This document shows, piece after piece, positions 30,633 through 39,390 of a stretch of 64,000 nucleotides of DNA. The DNA comes from Nostoc sp. DedSLP01 (GTDB lineage: Bacteria; Cyanobacteriota; Cyanobacteriia; Cyanobacteriales; Nostocaceae), in contig JAVRCJ020000018.1 in the NCBI GenBank assembly GCA_034530875.2, forward strand, positions 96,001-160,000. Direction: 5' to 3'. The position numbers and the translations under genes were made by a program. Under the pieces are notes generated by a model, which saw only the letters and a list, made by a program, of their open reading frames with translations, was not told the DNA's origin and ran no database searches. Each line of letters opens with the position of its first letter. The stretch's first letter is position 1.

Positions 30633-31268
30633 ATGCCAGTGATTGCGGTCGTGGACTACGAGATGGGAAATTTGCATTCAGTTTGCAAAGGGTTGGAAAA
30701 AGCTGGAGCAACTCCTAATGTTACTTATTCTCCAAAGGAATTAGAACGAGCAGATGCAATAGTTTTGCCAGGAGTGGGAGCATTCGATCCCGCAGTACAA
30801 CATTTACGATCGCGCGGTTTAGAACAGCCTATTAAAGATGCGATCGCATCTGGCAAACCTTTTTTGGGCATCTGTTTAGGACTGCAAATTCTCTTTGAAT
30901 CAAGTTCAGAAGGTATCCACCCAGGACTCGGAATTATCAAAGGAAAAGTACGTCGGTTTCGTCCAGAACCAGACATTACTATTCCCCACATGGGTTGGAA
31001 TCAATTGCAAGTGACTCAACCAAAAAGTATTTTATGGGAGCATTTACCGTCAAATCCTTGGGTGTATTTTGTCCATTCCTACTATGTCGATCCAATAGAA
31101 GAGCAAATTCGTGCAGCAACTGTCACTCACGGTACTCAAACTGTAACAGCTGCGATCGCTCGTGAAAACCTGATGGCCGTACAATTTCACCCAGAAAAAT
31201 CTTCTAATATTGGATTGCAAATCTTGTCTAATTTTGTTGCTCAAGTACGGGAAAAAATTCCCGCATAA
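30633..31268 (+). CDS. hisH: Imidazole glycerol phosphate synthase glutaminase subunit
   Basis: DYEMGNLHSV, LPGVGAF, GICLGLQ, PHMGWN, YFVHSY, QFHPEKS. Confidence 0.97.
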   Translation: MPVIAVVDYEMGNLHSVCKGLEKAGATPNVTYSPKELERADAIVLPGVGAFDPAVQHLRSRGLEQPIKDAIASGKPFLGICLGLQILFESSSEGIHPGLGIIKGKVRRFRPEPDITIPHMGWNQLQVTQPKSILWEHLPSNPWVYFVHSYYVDPIEEQIRAATVTHGTQTVTAAIARENLMAVQFHPEKSSNIGLQILSNFVAQVREKIPA

Positions 31269-31384
31269 TAATATATTTGTCATTAGTCATTCGTCATTAG
31301 TCATTAGTCATTTGTGAATTAATGAAAATGACCATAGATCGTCAATATAACGATCGATGCCCAATGCACCATGCCCAATGACCG

Positions 31385-31987
31385 ATGAGCCTGAGAATTT
31401 ACGGGAATCGCCAGTTAAAAACATTACCAGGTAAAGAGACTAGACCTACTAGTGCTAGAGTCAGGGAAGCAGTCTTTAATATTTGGCAAGGAAAAATTGC
31501 AGATTGCCACTGGCTAGATTTGTGTGCCGGTACTGGTTCGATGGGTGCCGAGGCTTTGTGTAGAGGAGCCGCCTTAGTAGTAGGAATTGAAAAATCAAGC
31601 CGAGCCTGTGCCACTATTCAACAAAATTGGCAGCAAGTAGCCAATACCCAGCAAGAATTTCGGGTATTGCGCGGAGATATTATTGGGCAGTTAAAGACAT
31701 TATCAGGCAAGCAATTTGACAGAATCTACTTCGACCCACCTTATGCTAGTGGATTGTATGAGCCAGTTTTAGAAGCGATCGCTCATCATCAACTTTTAGA
31801 TCCTAGCGGCGAAATCGCAGTCGAACACGCTTCACAAGGCTTGACATTACCAGAAATTCCTGCCTGGGAAATTTGCCGCCAGAAAGTTTATGGCAACACA
31901 TCGCTTACCTTTTACAGAATTAGAAGTGAGGGAGATGAGGAAGCAGAGGGAGCAGGGGGAGCAGAGGAGGAAGAGGAAGAATTCTAA
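31385..31987 (+). CDS. rsmD: 16S rRNA m2G966 methyltransferase
   Basis: TRPTSARVREAVFNI, LDLCAGTGSMGAEAL.RGA, FDPPY. Confidence 0.93.
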   Translation: MSLRIYGNRQLKTLPGKETRPTSARVREAVFNIWQGKIADCHWLDLCAGTGSMGAEALCRGAALVVGIEKSSRACATIQQNWQQVANTQQEFRVLRGDIIGQLKTLSGKQFDRIYFDPPYASGLYEPVLEAIAHHQLLDPSGEIAVEHASQGLTLPEIPAWEICRQKVYGNTSLTFYRIRSEGDEEAEGAGGAEEEEEEF

Positions 31988-31999
31988 CTCCTAACTCTT

Positions 32000-32064
32000 G
32001 TACAGACGCGATGAATCGCGTCTCTACTCCTGATTCTTGTACAGACGCGATTCATCGCGTCTCT
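32000..32064. repeat. Two tandem GTACAGACGCGAT..ATCGCGTCT palindromes (REP-like) between convergent genes
   Basis: 32000-32027 and 32039-32064; family members at 54677 and 60182. Confidence 0.8.
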
Positions 32065-32066
32065 CC

Positions 32067-32180
32067 TCACCCTCCCAGCTGATTGGGTCGCTTGTATTGC
32101 TTATAAGCAGCGTAAAACAGTCCGGCAAGGGTGACGAAAACTAGACCAAGGACAATACCTGAGAGCAGGGGTTCAACCAC
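32067..32180 (-). CDS. petG: Cytochrome b6f complex subunit 5
   Basis: GTG start at 32180; [37 protein letters not shown], 37 aa. Confidence 0.95.
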   Translation of the reverse strand: MVEPLLSGIVLGLVFVTLAGLFYAAYKQYKRPNQLGG

Positions 32181-32390
32181 TGTAAATCTCCTCTTTGCAA
32201 TTTTCAATATTTGTTTCCCGTTTTTGATTTTACCAAATTCGGTATGAATCCTGCGCTCTATAAGCTTTTCCCAAGAGGACTGCTCATAATAAAATAGTCT
32301 TCTGTGCTTGCAGACACAATCAAGAACTTTTAAGCTATGTGTAGGAAATGAAAACTTTTTTAGCAAACCTAGACATTCACAGCAAACCTT

Positions 32391-32765
32391 TTGGATAACC
32401 AGATTAGCAAACCTGAAATATTGATTCAGCGGATCGTTTTATTGACGCTAGCCATCCTGCTAGCAGTCCCTTTGGCCTTTTTTGGTGTTCACTTGGTTCA
32501 AGCCTCCGATCCTTATGCCAAGAGTGTTTTATCCCTAACAGGAAACCCAATTCAAGGACACGCTATCTTTCAAATTAATTGCGCTGGCTGTCATGGCTTA
32601 GAAGCAGACGGGCGAGTGGGGCCTAGCTTGCAAGGTGTCTCAAAGCGCAAATCTCGGTACGGGCTAATTCATCAAGTTATTAGCGGCGAAACGCCACCAA
32701 TGCCAAAGTTTCAGCCTAGTACCCAAGAAATGGCAGACCTTTTGAGCTATTTAGAGTCTTTGTAG
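32391..32765 (+). CDS. cytM: Cytochrome cM
   Basis: N-terminal hydrophobic helix, CAGCH heme motif, [13 protein letters not shown]; divergent from petG. Confidence 0.88.
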   Translation: MDNQISKPEILIQRIVLLTLAILLAVPLAFFGVHLVQASDPYAKSVLSLTGNPIQGHAIFQINCAGCHGLEADGRVGPSLQGVSKRKSRYGLIHQVISGETPPMPKFQPSTQEMADLLSYLESL

Positions 32766-32808
32766 ATGTTAGATTCCGCGATCGCAAGACACATACAACC
32801 CCTCATCC

Positions 32809-32840
32809 AAAAAGGCAGTACGTCTAATACTGCCTTTTTT
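32809..32840 (+). terminator. Intrinsic terminator after cytM
   Basis: AAAAAGGCAGTA-loop-TACTGCCTTTTTT. Confidence 0.8.
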
Positions 32841-33112
32841 AAATTCTTAAATTTATTTATAAATCTTAATTAAAAATTAAAATTTTGCTAGATATCGAAT
32901 GCTGTATTTGTGCTTGCTGGTTTTTACGTAGGAACTTTGTTAAAAACTCATAGAAATTGTATATTCTAAAGTATGTTAGCAAATTACTATGTTGATTACT
33001 GTCAAACTCAGGTTAACGTATCTGACTCAGTGGGACTAAGGCAATTCCCAGTGAATGGGCTACGGTATAGCTTCTATGACACACTAGATATTCTTAAGAT
33101 GCCCCAAAGCTA

Positions 33113-33910
33113 ATGACTGAAGCGCTCCAAATCGGTAATCGTACAATCACTGCTAGCGAACTGATTTCTTTGCTGGCGAGTTACCAAATGCTGCCACAAT
33201 TGCAGCGAGAATTAATTATTGATGAGGCGATCGAGCAAAACTCACGCTCTGCGAATGTCGTAATCGAGTGTACACCTGAAGAAGTAGCCCAAGCTAAACA
33301 GCAGTTTTACGCCGAAAAGCAGTTGAAAAATGAAGAAGACATCCAAGCTTGGATGGTACGTCAAGGTTTGACTTACGAACAACTAGAAGCCATTACCACT
33401 CGGAAGCTGAAAATTGAAAAATTTAAGCAAGCCACTTGGGGTAATAAATTAGAATCGTACTTTTTTCAGTCCAAGTCAAAACTTGACAAAGTAATTTATT
33501 CTCTGCTGCGAACCCAGGATATAGGAATTGCTCAAGAATTGTACTTTCGGATTCAAGCAAAAGAAAGCTCTTTTGCTGACTTGGCGCGGGAATATTCACT
33601 CGGGCCAGAAGCTCAAACCGGCGGTTTAGTAGGCCCGGTTGAATTGAACGCACTACATCCGGTGATGGTGCAAATGCTCTCTAGTAGCCAACCAGGTCAA
33701 ATATTACCGCCTACCCGTATTGCTGAATGGTTTGTGATTTTGCGGCTAGAAAAATTTATCCCCGCACAATTGGATGACTTTATGAAAGCTCGTCTAATGA
33801 ACGAGCTGTTTGAAAATTGGCTCCAAGAACAGCAAAAACAAATGATGTCTGCACATCAACAACAGCTTGCAACACAGAATCAGCAAGATGTTGAGCAACC
33901 ATTAACCTAA
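33113..33910 (+). CDS. PpiC/parvulin-type peptidylprolyl isomerase
   Basis: AQELYFRI..KESSFADLAREYSLGPEAQTGGLVGPV. Confidence 0.88.
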   Translation: MTEALQIGNRTITASELISLLASYQMLPQLQRELIIDEAIEQNSRSANVVIECTPEEVAQAKQQFYAEKQLKNEEDIQAWMVRQGLTYEQLEAITTRKLKIEKFKQATWGNKLESYFFQSKSKLDKVIYSLLRTQDIGIAQELYFRIQAKESSFADLAREYSLGPEAQTGGLVGPVELNALHPVMVQMLSSSQPGQILPPTRIAEWFVILRLEKFIPAQLDDFMKARLMNELFENWLQEQQKQMMSAHQQQLATQNQQDVEQPLT

Positions 33911-33922
33911 TTCAGCAGGTGA

Positions 33923-34031
33923 TAACGAAGGCAGGAGGCAGAGGGCAGGAGGCCGTTTTTGTAACGAGAATTTATAACCCGTTCCAAAAACTTTGGACGA
34001 AGTACGGTTTTAGACCCGATTGTTTCGATAA
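33923..34031 (+). repeat. ~109-bp dispersed repeat, copy 2
   Basis: TAACGAAGGCAGGAGGCAG...GACCCGATTGTTTCGATAA; matches 11661-11765 in reverse complement. Confidence 0.85.
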
Positions 34032-34109
34032 TAATTTGAACCAGATAAGTAGAACGAGATATGAGAAGATTCTATGCGGGTTTTCGTTCGCGCAAGTACT
34101 CAAATAGAA

Positions 34110-34433
34110 TCAAGCCAAATACTTATCGAGGGTACTGGTAAATTCTTCATACGGTTTAACACCAACCATTGTTTCTTGCAACTTGCCTTGCTTAAAAAGC
34201 ATGACAGCAGGAATACTACGAATGCCAAATCGTTTAGCGACAGGTTGGTTGGCATCGAGGTCTAGCTTAAAGACTTTGACGCGAGGGTTGTACTCTACTG
34301 CCAATTTATCTATCAAGGGGGCAATGAGTTTGCAGGGGCCGCACCAGGCAGCTGTGCAATCTACTAGAAGTAACGGCTCGGTTTCCAACAGCTTATCTAA
34401 CTCGGTTTCGTCTTGAATATAAACGGCAGTCAT
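34110..34433 (-). CDS. Thioredoxin (paralog of 9848-10180)
   Basis: WCGPC, FGIRSIPAV; start set to ATG 34433. Confidence 0.94.
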   Translation of the reverse strand: MTAVYIQDETELDKLLETEPLLLVDCTAAWCGPCKLIAPLIDKLAVEYNPRVKVFKLDLDANQPVAKRFGIRSIPAVMLFKQGKLQETMVGVKPYEEFTSTLDKYLA

Positions 34434-34511
34434 AAGTTTTTTGCAAAAGCTTATTATCTCATAACCGCATTGCAAAACTACAATATAATTCGATAACCCC
34501 TGACTTCATTT

Positions 34512-35390
34512 TCATTGGCTAACAGTTTCAAGCACCCTCAACTGTTTTTCCGATGCAACCTGATGTTCTTTGCGCCAAGCCTGAGGAGGTAAACCGTGAT
34601 GTTGGCGGAACTGGCGGGAGAAATGAGATACATCTTGATAGCCTAGTGCTTTGGCAATTTTCTCTATAGTCCGATCGCTATTTTGGAGTAATAAGCGAGC
34701 TCCTGCCATTCGACGTTTAACAATCCAGGAGTTAACAGTCTCTCCTGTTTGCCTTGCAACTCGGTTAGTTAAGTAAGCCGGCGAGTAACCAACTGCTTCA
34801 GCCACGTCACACAAAGTAATTCCTTGATGATAATGGGCTTCGATGAAGTCGAAAACTTCTTTTAATTGGGGATTAGAAGGAAAGAAAAGGGCATCTTCTG
34901 AAGATACTTCTTGACAAGAGGTTTGGCTAATATTAGCATCTTCAGCGATCGCTAATACCGATCTTGAAGCTTTATCGAATTGAAATGCACACCAGTCATA
35001 GAGAGTAGCTTGTTTTTGTAGCCGACTAGCGATCGCCCTGAGTAATTCGTCTAATGTAGAAGGTTTGGTAAGATAGTCATCCGCGCCGAGTTCCATAGCT
35101 TTGCGAAGATCGGCTTTAGTATTACTACCAGTCAGAAAAATCAGGGGAATAATCGCTGTCTGAGGATTTTGGCGTAGCGTACTTAGAACGCTATAACCAT
35201 CCATATCAGGCATCGTAATATCACAAATGACTAAATCTGGTAGATACTCTTGTGCTTTTTCAATACCAACAAAACCATTATCTGCACCTATGGGATCGAA
35301 ACCTTTAACCTTAAGACCCTTTAAATAAAGATCTAGGGTAATGCGATCGTCTTCAATGACGAGAATTTTCTTTGACGATTGGTACATCAT
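34512..35390 (-). CDS. Response regulator (REC plus AraC HTH), scytonemin-cluster regulator type
   Basis: VICDITMP receiver; VAEAVGYSPAYL and GYQDVSHFSRQFR AraC motifs; position matches the N. punctiforme Npun_F1278-type regulator. Confidence 0.9.
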   Translation of the reverse strand: MMYQSSKKILVIEDDRITLDLYLKGLKVKGFDPIGADNGFVGIEKAQEYLPDLVICDITMPDMDGYSVLSTLRQNPQTAIIPLIFLTGSNTKADLRKAMELGADDYLTKPSTLDELLRAIASRLQKQATLYDWCAFQFDKASRSVLAIAEDANISQTSCQEVSSEDALFFPSNPQLKEVFDFIEAHYHQGITLCDVAEAVGYSPAYLTNRVARQTGETVNSWIVKRRMAGARLLLQNSDRTIEKIAKALGYQDVSHFSRQFRQHHGLPPQAWRKEHQVASEKQLRVLETVSQ

Positions 35391-35496
35391 TTCCTCTCAC
35401 CAAAACTTTTTACGAGAAATCATTGCTAGACTCTTTCCTAAATTTTTCAATAGAAATAAAGCTATGAATATTAAATAATTATCTTCATTACAATAC

Positions 35497-37476
35497 TCAT
35501 AACTCAGAATTAGCTAACTTTGATTCGATTAATGGCAACATTACAGTAAACCTACTGCCCACGCCAAGCGTGCTTTCTACAAAAACTTGACCTTGATGTA
35601 AGTCTACAAGAGTTTTAACAATTGAGAGTCCTAGTCCAGTACCAGGTATACTATCAATATTACTACCTCGAAAAAATGGCTCAAATAGTCGTTTTTTGTC
35701 CTCTAGAGAAATTCCAATACCTCTATCTTCTACCTGAAAAATTACTTTATCGTTATTGCAAGCTAGTTGGAAATGAACTACCATATTCGATGGAGAATAC
35801 TTAATTGCATTATCGAGTAAATTCTTCAAAATAGGTTCTAATACTTTTTTATCTATACAAGCTAGGAGAACGTCATCTTTACTGATGAATTTTATCGAAG
35901 TTTGGCTAACATTCATCTGCATCTGCGCAACTAATTCATGACAAAATTGCACTAAATCTAACGGTTTTGGCTCGAAATTTAATTTTGCCGATTCTGCTTT
36001 TGAGAAGAACATAATATCATCCAACATGTGGCTGAGTTCTTCAGTAGCTTTTTGAATGTGGTCGAGTAGCGGTTGTATTTTCTTCTGTGTACGTTTGTCT
36101 ACTTCTTCCTTAAGTAAACTATTAGAAAATGAAACAACATTTAGCGGAGTCCGGAATTGGTGACAGACCATAGAAAGAAAGCTGGCTCTGAGTTCGCTCA
36201 ATTGTTTTGCTTGTTCTAAAGCGAGGTTAAGGTTTAATTGTGCGTATTTGTAATCTGTAATATCAATAGCTGCAATCATTTCAACTGGTTTTCCTCCAAA
36301 ATCCAGCACTCCATCTAGTATTGCAACTGCACAAGCTAGCCAGCGTTCTGTGCCGTTTTTTGTCAGAATACTCATCTCTTGATATTCAAACTTAGTTGCT
36401 TCACCTTGTTTGCGTACTTGCCTGGTTTTTTTGCTTTTAATTAGACGACGCAAATCAAAGTTTGTTAGCAATTCTTTTTTTGTGTAGCCGGTAAGTTGTT
36501 CTACTGCTGGGTTGATGTAGCAAAGCTGCGTACCTTGAATTAAGAAAGTGCTAGCTTCTGTAGTTTCTGCTAAAGTCTGAAATCTAGCTAGGTTGAGCTG
36601 TAAAGCTTCCTCAGTTCGTTTAGATTCAGTAATATCCCAAATACTCCAGACTCTACCAATAATTTTACCTTCAAGTAACTGAGGTTTAGAGTAATGTGCA
36701 AAAACTCTCCCATCTTTTAACTCTAGAATGTCGTAGCTCTCAAAATCAGATTGGCTAGATACTTCCCAAACGAGACGATTAAAAGCTTGCGGATCTTTGA
36801 GTTGGTTCTCAAAAAATGTTTTGCATCGAGGACATTTTTTAGATAAAAGCAGAGATTCTGGAATCTGCCACATATCTATAAATTTCTGATTCAGGCTGAG
36901 AATATCGCCCTCAAAGTTAACTACAACAATGCCAATAGCTGTAGATTCTAGAGTAGAACGAAGTAAAGATAAAGATGCTTCTAGTTCTACTTCTTTAGTC
37001 TTAAGTTGAGAAATTTCCTGTTGCAAATAGTCTTTTGCACCCTTGAATCCATCAGTCCACTTCTGTACGCTTAATTCTACTATTTCATCACTTTTCTCAC
37101 GAACAAAGGCACAGGCAAATTCCATATCTTGGTCTTTTATATATGTCAGAGATATTTCTACTAAAAATATCCGACCTCCTTTTGCCTGATAGCGAGATTT
37201 AAAATTACGAGAATTTTGCGATCTAATCTCTGACCAATTGTGTAATGAAAAGTCTATATCTATATTATCCAGTGTCATTGAAAGTAATTCCTCACGGGAA
37301 TACTCGATCATCTGACATATAGCATCGTTGACGTAGAGAAACTGCGCGTTTACTCCTAAACAAAAAGCAGCATCTACGACATGATTTATTAAATAGTGAG
37401 CAAACATCATCTCTAATTGTGACTCTCGGAGCCGTTTTGTTTGGGATGTAGTCAATGTATGTTCGCCAGAATTCAT
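35497..37476 (-). CDS. PAS-domain sensor histidine kinase of the scytonemin cluster
   Basis: Three PAS-like segments, H-box CHQFRTPL, NAIKYS, GTGLGL; ATG 37476 has AAGGAG upstream; divergent from scyA. Confidence 0.9.
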   Translation of the reverse strand: MNSGEHTLTTSQTKRLRESQLEMMFAHYLINHVVDAAFCLGVNAQFLYVNDAICQMIEYSREELLSMTLDNIDIDFSLHNWSEIRSQNSRNFKSRYQAKGGRIFLVEISLTYIKDQDMEFACAFVREKSDEIVELSVQKWTDGFKGAKDYLQQEISQLKTKEVELEASLSLLRSTLESTAIGIVVVNFEGDILSLNQKFIDMWQIPESLLLSKKCPRCKTFFENQLKDPQAFNRLVWEVSSQSDFESYDILELKDGRVFAHYSKPQLLEGKIIGRVWSIWDITESKRTEEALQLNLARFQTLAETTEASTFLIQGTQLCYINPAVEQLTGYTKKELLTNFDLRRLIKSKKTRQVRKQGEATKFEYQEMSILTKNGTERWLACAVAILDGVLDFGGKPVEMIAAIDITDYKYAQLNLNLALEQAKQLSELRASFLSMVCHQFRTPLNVVSFSNSLLKEEVDKRTQKKIQPLLDHIQKATEELSHMLDDIMFFSKAESAKLNFEPKPLDLVQFCHELVAQMQMNVSQTSIKFISKDDVLLACIDKKVLEPILKNLLDNAIKYSPSNMVVHFQLACNNDKVIFQVEDRGIGISLEDKKRLFEPFFRGSNIDSIPGTGLGLSIVKTLVDLHQGQVFVESTLGVGSRFTVMLPLIESKLANSEL

Positions 37477-38428
37477 AGTTGCTCCTTGTAACAATCAGCA
37501 CCGTAGCTGTCGATCGCGTAAAATGCTTATTCCAGTGTTAGGCTGCTGAAAATCACACTAGTTTGCAAATTAAATATAATTACTAATTAACTTTACAAAA
37601 CTTATTGTACCAACAAACTCGATAAAAAGTGAATAATTTAAACATGATTTCCTCAAGCAATTTAGCTACTTGTAGTTTATTTTTGGGTTGAAAAACTTTC
37701 GATATCTATAGAAAATCTGGACAAATTTCATCAACATTTGTCCATAGATTTTATTTGAATAGAATTCAGAAGTCAGAATTCAGCGTGACTTCTATGGAAC
37801 TGGCGGATGAATAAGTGGGTTTGAATCCCCCACTTTCTTGTTCTGATTTCTGAATTCTGAGGAATGTTTCTTCTTCAAGAGATAAGAGTTGAAAACATAT
37901 TTTGAATTTCAACTATCTAATATTAGAGTTAAAGACTACCAAAAGGCATAAATACACCAGTCATACTCTTATCTGAAAGCAAGGTACAAAATTGCTAAAA
38001 AACTTACTTTGTAAGCTTTTGGAATTTTGCATTTCACATAATCTTGCCAAATAGCAAGCGATGCGTAGCGCTTTACAGAAATAGGTTACTAGTAGTTCGC
38101 TAAGAGAACTTGGCGGGGTAAAGGGAAAAGTTTTTAATCTCTTTCCTTTTACCCAGACTCACAGAGTATTTTTAGGTTGGTGTAAAGTCATTTGATTCTT
38201 AACATAAATGAATTTGCCCTGCTTGGTCGCGCTTAAATGAGTAAAAATTTACTCATGAATTCATTTTCTTAATTTATCTTAACTCACACTTTCAGGGATC
38301 TAACAATATCAGAATAGCTTTAGACATCTGCCTCGAGAAATACATTTGTATTAGTTTACTTAAGAAAAAATGTTTATTTTTATACATGAGTTATTTATAT
38401 ATTGAAAAATTTCATATTTATATTGGTA

Positions 38429-39151
38429 AGTCATCTCCCAGAAGATATAAACGAAGTTAGAATTTTTCTCCTTATAGCTGAGTCATCTCTCAAAAGAAAC
38501 AGAAAAAGTTAATAATTATGTCTTTGTTGTTACAAAAAATTGAATCGAACTATATTTAATGACAATATAAAAATCTTGGCTCGGTAAAGGCAACTTTTTC
38601 CTAGCTGTGGCAGTTAACTTAGAAACTTTGCGATCGCCTTTTTAATTGAAAGTCTTACCTGATATGAATCTTAATTTTTTGTGGCGATAGTAATTAAACA
38701 ACGATAATTTAAGTGGGCATGATTAAACTAAACTATGTAAATTTTTATAATAAAAAGCTCTAAACCTTCTCTGCATTGTTTTCTTATCCTTTAATCTGAT
38801 TAATATAGTTGCGTTTATTTCTACCCACTTCCTTGACAACTGAAAAACTGTTGTGGTTATGCTGATAAATAAGGTAAAACAGTTTTGATGTGTATCAAAA
38901 TACAAAGATTTTTGGTTGTAAATGTCGCGCACTAGTTGATAAGCAACACTTAAGAAAATATTGTAATCATCGCCACAAAAGCGAAAAAATTGGCATACTT
39001 AGCAAAAGATTTCTCATTGCATATTGGTCTTAATTAGATTAGATCCGATTAAAAATCAATATTTATAGATGGTAAGCATTAGGTAATTACTGAATCATCG
39101 CCATAGAAGCTAAAAATTTGACACGCTCATCAAAAGATATTTGATTGCACA
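38429..39151. promoter_or_regulatory. Repeated operator-like motifs in the scyA/kinase divergent promoter region
   Basis: Direct repeats 38965-39023/39093-39151 and 38429-38459/38481-38511; inverted ATCGCCACAAAA at 38677-38688. Confidence 0.55.
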
Positions 39152-39390
39152 TCTGTATTTAACTCCTTTATTGTGAGTTCTATAAGCACAGCCTTGATTG
39201 CTGTATGGTTTGCAAAAATTTTTTGGTAATCCTCTCATAAGCATCAATCAGCAGCGATCGAGCTTTTCTGCTATCAACGTAAGCTTGGTAATAACTGTAA
39301 AAATACAGATTTTTTTGTATTAAATATTTTCGTTGCTGCGATTATCAGCAAAACAGGCTTTGTGTAACTTTATGTAATTACGTGAAAGCA

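Noticed and set aside
32181..32366. 99-aa version of PetG
   Set aside because: PetG is 37 aa and there is a GTG start at 32180 with a GGAG-like RBS; the extension is incidental.
33113..33910. Bacteriocin or type I secretion locus suggested by the parvulin-type PPIase
   Set aside because: No C39 ABC transporter, HlyD or precursor gene is adjacent.
38965..39151. Possible degenerate CRISPR array or small RNA pair upstream of scyA
   Set aside because: Only two imperfect, non-palindromic copies; better explained as promoter or operator duplication.
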